The notes beneath the pieces were generated by a model. That model was not told the DNA's origin and did no database searches. It saw nothing but the letters and a program-made list of their open reading frames with translations. The translations under genes and the position numbers were made by a program. This document shows positions 18,034-23,708 of a stretch of 23,708 nucleotides of DNA, one piece after another (the first letter of the stretch is position 1; each line of letters begins with the position of its first letter). The stretch lies in the IMG/VR virus record IMGVR_UViG_3300024581_002845, one strand, 5' to 3'. The DNA is from a virus.

Positions 18034-19179
18034 CTAATTAATTTTTATATAATGGTTTGTATCAAATTTCCTTAAAATGGTCTCATTTAATTGAAACCTG
18101 AAAAGATTATCATGATAAAACTTATTATAATCAGGGTACTTTGATTTAAACCTCTTTATTTCGGTTATAATCGCCTCAGACCTTCCTTCCAATGTAGGTA
18201 AATTATCCCACTTTGTGTAGTCTATAACATCTTTGAATAAATCAAAACCGTAATTTTTATGTAACCACTTGGTGAATCCCGTGGTGGTATTAATTATAGG
18301 TATTTGATGATTTAAAAAGGGTCTCAATGTTTTTTCCGTAAGGTAATATACCCCACCATGCATGGAATTGGTCCCACCAATATCTGATGTTGTAGGGATT
18401 GTCTCATTCACTATCTCAAATATCGTATTTGATGAGTTACCTATTTCTGTTTTGAATTGGGTGTTATCATCCGTTGTGATTTGTTTCTTATCCACTATTA
18501 AGGGGTATTCTATTTCGGGATTACCGCTTAAGAACCTTAGTAGGTGATGATCTTTTTTCGCCACGTGATGGGTTTCATTCACACCTAAACTAATAGTATA
18601 TTCATCAGGGTTAAAGTTTTTAATGATATCCGATACTTGTAGAATTCTTTGTATAGTAATTCTTCTATTAAATGATGACACTAATTTACTTTTAACTTTT
18701 TTGGTGGTTTTCTCATTCTCTATATAATCACCCTCGAATAGAAAAACTTTAGAAAAGTAAGGGAAGTAATATACATTAACCTTAGAGTCTTTATATATGT
18801 GATGTTTAGTTGCGGTAATTACGTGTATATTCTTTTCGTCGATACCGTATTCGTACTTTGCGGTATATAAAAAATTAGATAGATTGAAATTTCTTGGTTC
18901 TGAACGATTATCTAAAAAGACATGAGTATCCTTACCAATAGAATGTCGACTGTTCTTGAGTTGGTATAATGGTTTCCTCGCAACCTCAATCGGGACATCG
19001 AAAAAATCTTCAATGAAGACCACATTATTTTTCTCAAGTTCCCTGTCGTTATTTATGATATCGACACCAATCAGGTTTAATAAGTCCTCTACGATACCAT
19101 AATGGTATTGAGATGTATCATTCTTACTACTTTCATGGTACCTTACTGTCTTTTTATGTCTCGTAAAAAATACTAACAT
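18034..19179 (-). CDS. Uncharacterised protein with GT10-like 'TEKT' domain; putative glycosyltransferase
   Basis: SSFNRRITIQR ... FEIVNET ... YLTEKTLRP ... QIP ... GFDLF ... IDY; same motif order as 11841..13289 and the C-terminal half of 15534..17279. Confidence 0.55.
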   Translation of the reverse strand: MLVFFTRHKKTVRYHESSKNDTSQYHYGIVEDLLNLIGVDIINNDRELEKNNVVFIEDFFDVPIEVARKPLYQLKNSRHSIGKDTHVFLDNRSEPRNFNLSNFLYTAKYEYGIDEKNIHVITATKHHIYKDSKVNVYYFPYFSKVFLFEGDYIENEKTTKKVKSKLVSSFNRRITIQRILQVSDIIKNFNPDEYTISLGVNETHHVAKKDHHLLRFLSGNPEIEYPLIVDKKQITTDDNTQFKTEIGNSSNTIFEIVNETIPTTSDIGGTNSMHGGVYYLTEKTLRPFLNHQIPIINTTTGFTKWLHKNYGFDLFKDVIDYTKWDNLPTLEGRSEAIITEIKRFKSKYPDYNKFYHDNLFRFQLNETILRKFDTNHYIKIN

Positions 19180-20516
19180 TAAATCTCAATACTATTCCAC
19201 CAATTTATGAGGTCCTCGTTTTGTGAGAAGATACCTTCGATTACACCTAAATTACCCCTATGTCTATCAATCTCCTGTAGTCTTTTTTTACCTCTCTTTA
19301 TTCCCTCTTCCCAATCATCATACTCCTCTTGGAATGTCTTTTTCTTTTTTATGTCCTCGAAACATGTGACGTAATTATAAATCTTTGGATGTGTTTTAGA
19401 CTTTTCCCTCGCATATTCAATGATATCATCAAGTATTGGGTTTAGAATTTCTCGTGGTATCATCATGGGTGACATAACAATACTACTATCGAAAGAGAAA
19501 GTGGTTTTGATTAGTGTATGTACATCTAAATCTGCTGTAATATCTATCATCTCCTTCATAGAGAATAATCCCGGTGAGGTTACAGTTAAATCAAATGCGG
19601 TACCATATTCACCATACTGTTCATTTAAGAATAAACCTTCTTTAAAATTTTCAATCCACGAGTCCCACTTGATCCCGTGTCTAACATATTCGACATTACT
19701 ACCAATACCATCAATACTCGCACAAATCTGAACACTCTTAAAATGTGGTAGATAATCATATAAGTAATGGTCCTTATATCTCACCCTACTCAAATTAGTG
19801 TTGTATCTTACCGTAACGTTTTTTGATTGTCCATTATCAACCAAATACTTCATCACGTCCCAATGTATGTCCCACATAAGTGGTTCACCACCAACCCAAT
19901 ATATTTCCTCAATCCTACCGTCGTACACTGCATCCCATAATTCTTTTTCCGCTACTTCTGTTTGGAATTCTTGGATCATGGGTTTATTTTCTTTTAACGC
20001 CCACGCGTCACCCCCACTTGAGTATCTACCTAACTTACGATTTTCTGCCTCCCATGATGATGATAATTGGTCACCACACATTCTACATTTAAAATTACAT
20101 AGGTTTGTAATTCTGTAGTCAAAGGATATCGGTTTCAATTCGGTATAACCATCGTCATTTGTCTTTTCGAATATTTCGTCAATCTTATGGGGAAAAAGAG
20201 TTTTTGTGAAGTAATCCCTATAAACATGGATATTCAAGATTTGATTATTACAAACATCGCATTGAGAGATCTTCTCACCCGCCATAAGTTTCTTCCTTAT
20301 GTCCATCATATATGGACTATTCCAATGTTCTTCCAAACTCGCAGGTTTATATTCGGAATTCTCGTCGGCTTTATCCGCATCGATATATTGTGTTGCCCAA
20401 GTCGCCTTTTCTCTACTTGCACAACATAATCTCCTTTCACTTTGAGGTGAGAGGTATGTGTGTGTCCATGGTGCAACACAAAACGTTTTATTTCCTTCTG
20501 ATGGTTTAATTTTCAT
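19179..20516 (-). CDS. Radical SAM protein with N-terminal twitch-like domain
   Basis: FCVAPW...RLCC...QCDVC precedes CNFKCRMC; GGEP; YNTN; SIDG...EYVR. Confidence 0.9.
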   Translation of the reverse strand: MKIKPSEGNKTFCVAPWTHTYLSPQSERRLCCASREKATWATQYIDADKADENSEYKPASLEEHWNSPYMMDIRKKLMAGEKISQCDVCNNQILNIHVYRDYFTKTLFPHKIDEIFEKTNDDGYTELKPISFDYRITNLCNFKCRMCGDQLSSSWEAENRKLGRYSSGGDAWALKENKPMIQEFQTEVAEKELWDAVYDGRIEEIYWVGGEPLMWDIHWDVMKYLVDNGQSKNVTVRYNTNLSRVRYKDHYLYDYLPHFKSVQICASIDGIGSNVEYVRHGIKWDSWIENFKEGLFLNEQYGEYGTAFDLTVTSPGLFSMKEMIDITADLDVHTLIKTTFSFDSSIVMSPMMIPREILNPILDDIIEYAREKSKTHPKIYNYVTCFEDIKKKKTFQEEYDDWEEGIKRGKKRLQEIDRHRGNLGVIEGIFSQNEDLINWWNSIEI

Positions 20517-20518
20517 AT

Positions 20519-21676
20519 TTAATTACATTTCCCACAAACAGTCTTACAAAAAATAAACTGTGTGTTATTCTCAAAATTATCATAGACAAACTCATGTAAA
20601 ACACCACTCTCTAAAACCTCATTTATTGTTCTATTATTCAATGAAAATTTGTCTATACCTATATCTATAAGTTTATTTAAAATCTCTTTCTGTTTATCAT
20701 TTTCGTCACCCTTAGAATTCTCAATACTAAGTGAGTATTCAGGGGGTATCATACAACAGGGCATCAAATAACCGTCATATGTTATATACAAGTTGTGTCG
20801 ACTCTCTGATAGGTTTGATGGGTCTTTACTATTCTTAGAATAACATGTTTGTTGGAAATTATCCCCGTTTACATCAATTCTATTAAAATCGGTATATTCA
20901 TACGGTCTCTTAATGTGGTTATATTCGATAACGTTATCCTCAACAACAAGTGGTTTTTGTCCTAAGTCCTCCGTAGAGAGAATTAGGTTTAATTCAATAC
21001 TATCCGATAAAGACCACTTTTTGTTTGATAGTTTATTAGTAAGGTTATTCGATTCATAGGTTAAACTATGGGTATACTCCCCTTTCATGTTATACCCACG
21101 AGTATATTGACCTAACGTAAAAGGTTCCCTTAAGAAGAGACTATTACAACCTATGTCCGTACAAAAATCATATATGGGTTTAATTTGATCCCTTGTTTGG
21201 TCCCACAATAGAAACTGTATCTCTATTTGATTTTTATCGATTACATTTTCAGAGAATGATCTGATATTCTCTTCGACTTTTTTCCATTTTGCATTTATCC
21301 GATATAGTTCGTTTTTGTCACCATATCCGTCAATTCCAAAGGTTATCCAAACACCTAACTTAGCCAATTCTTTATATTGGTTTGGTTTACCGATACCTCC
21401 ATTGGTACTTATATGTATATGACAACTTGGATTAGAATCCCTAACCCATTTTAGTATATTAACGACTTCGGGATTACCCATCCCATCACCGAAATTACCA
21501 CAAACATTAAAGTACTCTAATTTGGATACGAGATCGTCACCGACAACTCTTTGGACCTCACTTAAAGTCCAATATGTTTGATTAAACTGATTGTATACAC
21601 CCCCATCCCTACGAGGACAAACAGGACATCCCGCATTACATAGTGACGATATTTCAAAATCTAAATGGGTAATCAT
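20519..21676 (-). CDS. Radical SAM protein with C-terminal SPASM/twitch-like cysteines
   Basis: CNAGCPVC near the N-terminus; CGNFGDG in place of GGEP; STNG; GIDG...YR; C-terminal C...DGYLMPCC...CKTVC. Confidence 0.88.
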   Translation of the reverse strand: MITHLDFEISSLCNAGCPVCPRRDGGVYNQFNQTYWTLSEVQRVVGDDLVSKLEYFNVCGNFGDGMGNPEVVNILKWVRDSNPSCHIHISTNGGIGKPNQYKELAKLGVWITFGIDGYGDKNELYRINAKWKKVEENIRSFSENVIDKNQIEIQFLLWDQTRDQIKPIYDFCTDIGCNSLFLREPFTLGQYTRGYNMKGEYTHSLTYESNNLTNKLSNKKWSLSDSIELNLILSTEDLGQKPLVVEDNVIEYNHIKRPYEYTDFNRIDVNGDNFQQTCYSKNSKDPSNLSESRHNLYITYDGYLMPCCMIPPEYSLSIENSKGDENDKQKEILNKLIDIGIDKFSLNNRTINEVLESGVLHEFVYDNFENNTQFIFCKTVCGKCN

Positions 21677-23265
21677 TCATCATCTTTGTCATTAATGAAA
21701 TCCATCATTTCATTTTGCATATTATCCACATCATCTTCAGGTTCCACGTAGTCTTGTGCACCGGGATTTGCCCATTGGGGATCTAACACCCATCCTTCTT
21801 TTTTGGCGGTATCTAAAACTTCGTCGACGTAACGATTTGATTTTGCGTCATCACCATCAACTAAACCTTTTAATGGTGCAATGTTAGTTTCAGGTATACT
21901 ATCCCACCATTCTTTTAACATTGGGAACGCCTCTAAGAAGTTTTTACCTCTCCTCATATCGTATTGAGTGTAAAAAGATTTAAAATCCCTTTCTCTCGAT
22001 TCTAAAGAGGATGTAAATGCGTGACCTGTACTAACTTCTCTGATGTAGGTGACCAAACGGGTCATACTATCCTTTTCCCATTGGATAAACCCATTCTTTT
22101 CATCATCCCAATTGTCGTTAATCCATTTCTCAATTGCATCCGCTCTTTCAAGTCTTATTTCTTTGGGTAGTGTTACTATTGATTGGAATGATGGGAATCT
22201 TAAAATATTGAACGAGCATACAGGTGATTGTGTGTTGTGCTTCTTTTTGAGTTTTAACATCTCATCCATGAATTCAGGTAGACTGAACAAACACAACGCA
22301 TTTATGGTCATCATACAATTACTTGATTGTACATTACCTTCACCTAACATCCTATCCATGTTTGTGATCCATTTATCCCAAACTAAACCATCTCTAATGT
22401 ACTCGGCTTGTATCCCAACCGCCTCACAACTTGTATAGAGATGAAAACTTTTAATGTTGTGGGATGCTTTAAGTAACTCCTCAAATAACGCATCTTTCTG
22501 ACCAAGATTGGAGTTCACCGCAAATTCAACTTCACACTCGGGGTGTTGCTCCCACCACTTCATCAACTTCCAAAAATCTTTAGACATGGTCGGTTCACCA
22601 CCTGTAACTCTAAGTTCCCTTAAAGTGTGTTGTAATTCACCTTCCCACCATTTCCAAAACGCCTCAATGTATGGGTTACCTTCATTCTTCCTACCATAGG
22701 GCATCGAATGTGATCCGTCGTGTTGGAACGCTGCTGCACCGTCAGATACTAAATTCTGATATGCACCATTCTTCTTAACGTCGTTTTGCCACTGTGTTGA
22801 AAAGGAAGCATTACAATAAGAACAACCAAAATTACAATTAGGGTCAAATGCAATTTCTAACGTCTTTAAATCAACATCTTCCTCCCATCCAAAGGTTTCC
22901 TTACACTCATTCAATTCCTCATCAGTGTAAATAACAGATTTATGTACCCTATCGGATATCTTTTCAGGCCCTAAGTCTTCAATCTTCCAACAGTACTCAC
23001 ATTCTTTGGGTCTCTCACCCTCCAACATCTGTTTTCTTATGAGTTTCTTATATTGTGTGTTGTGGATTGCTTTATGGTTCATTGCCACCTCCTCTAAAGG
23101 AATTTTATGTGCGGGTGGGTGGTGACAACTCGCCGTCGTACCATTACCTAACCAAATAGTTGCATTATACCATTTTGCACCACAGAAAGAAGGTGAAACC
23201 TTGTTCACCACACGATCTCTGTAGTCGAGATAACTCTCATCGTGTTTTTTTGCTATTATACCCAT
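21673..23265 (-). CDS. Radical SAM protein with N-terminal twitch-like domain and acidic tail
   Basis: FCGAKW...ASCHHP...ECEYCW precedes CNFGCSYC; TGGEP; VNSN; AEYIRDG. Confidence 0.9.
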   Translation of the reverse strand: MGIIAKKHDESYLDYRDRVVNKVSPSFCGAKWYNATIWLGNGTTASCHHPPAHKIPLEEVAMNHKAIHNTQYKKLIRKQMLEGERPKECEYCWKIEDLGPEKISDRVHKSVIYTDEELNECKETFGWEEDVDLKTLEIAFDPNCNFGCSYCNASFSTQWQNDVKKNGAYQNLVSDGAAAFQHDGSHSMPYGRKNEGNPYIEAFWKWWEGELQHTLRELRVTGGEPTMSKDFWKLMKWWEQHPECEVEFAVNSNLGQKDALFEELLKASHNIKSFHLYTSCEAVGIQAEYIRDGLVWDKWITNMDRMLGEGNVQSSNCMMTINALCLFSLPEFMDEMLKLKKKHNTQSPVCSFNILRFPSFQSIVTLPKEIRLERADAIEKWINDNWDDEKNGFIQWEKDSMTRLVTYIREVSTGHAFTSSLESRERDFKSFYTQYDMRRGKNFLEAFPMLKEWWDSIPETNIAPLKGLVDGDDAKSNRYVDEVLDTAKKEGWVLDPQWANPGAQDYVEPEDDVDNMQNEMMDFINDKDDE

Positions 23266-23266
23266 A

Positions 23267-23707
23267 TTATTTTTCTAAAATTTTATGAATGAAATTACAA
23301 TTACCTGTAAAATCATATACTTTGTAATTCGTCTTCTCTTTAAAATCGTACAACCCAACCACTTCATGATCACCAACATCCTTGGTTTCATAGATTGATT
23401 TGATATTATTAAAAGATAAGTATTTTTTTGATATTAATAAATGATCAATGTCATATTCACAGTAGTTTAGGTTAAATCCATTATGAGGGAAATTACCTGA
23501 CCCAAAAAGAATATGAGGTTCATGACCCACACTTAATTTTTGACCTCCAACCATCATTTTTTCAAGTACTACCATATCATTAATTAAAACCTCAATGTAG
23601 TTAAGTTGTTTATTATATCTGATGGTTATAAAATTCCAATCCCAACCTAATTCGTTGTTTATGAAAAGATACTCTGCCTCCACTTTACCATCTTTTTCAA
23701 AATTGCA
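23267..23707 (-). CDS. C-terminal part of a protein with a LamG/concanavalin A-like domain (5' end outside window)
   Basis: Frame is open to the right edge (CNFEKDGKVEAEY...), so the GTG at 23683 is probably not the start. WNFITIRYN...VLIND...ILFG...IDHLLIS..LS...I..IY...GLYDF...VYDFTGN resembles LamG jelly-roll ends. Confidence 0.55.
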   Translation of the reverse strand, partial: CNFEKDGKVEAEYLFINNELGWDWNFITIRYNKQLNYIEVLINDMVVLEKMMVGGQKLSVGHEPHILFGSGNFPHNGFNLNYCEYDIDHLLISKKYLSFNNIKSIYETKDVGDHEVVGLYDFKEKTNYKVYDFTGNCNFIHKILEK

Positions 23708-23708
23708 G

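Noticed and set aside
8806-22699. Plus-strand ORFs of 60-130 aa inside the enzyme cluster
   Set aside because: Antisense to well-supported genes, with no recognisable motifs.
13252-23265. RiPP cluster driven by SPASM/twitch radical SAM enzymes
   Set aside because: No evident RRE/PqqD domain, protease, exporter or leader-core precursor; the only small ORF looks like a carbamoyltransferase partner.
1-23708. Stop-codon reassignment
   Set aside because: TAA, TGA and TAG all end genes at tight junctions and coding density is near complete with the standard code.

Overview
AT-rich window that looks like part of a large tailed-phage genome (inference from gene content; no capsid or terminase gene is in the window). 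All credible genes are on the minus strand. Positions 8298 down to 1 are one uninterrupted ORF of more than 2766 aa that the supplied ORF track missed because it runs off the left edge. It is a giant, modular, Ser/Thr/Gly-rich tail-fibre-like protein with a trimeric coiled-coil stalk, an inserted cupredoxin-like domain, shuffled repeat modules and a pyocin-knob-like domain. Directly upstream (23708 to 8410) is a tightly packed enzyme cluster: a LamG-like C-terminal fragment, four radical SAM enzymes (three with an N-terminal twitch-like domain), three paralogous GT10-like '[TS]EKT' domains (one fused to a shortened DegT aminotransferase), a 2OG-Fe(II) oxygenase, a UDP-glucose/GDP-mannose dehydrogenase, two SGNH-like proteins, a NodU/TobZ carbamoyltransferase and an unannotated 39-aa ORF. 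Best hypothesis: a phage-encoded pathway that builds and tailors an unusual glycan, possibly for virion/fibre decoration. A hairpin covering the fibre start codon, overlapped by a candidate late promoter, links the two halves. All calls come from manual translation and motif reading; no searches were run.
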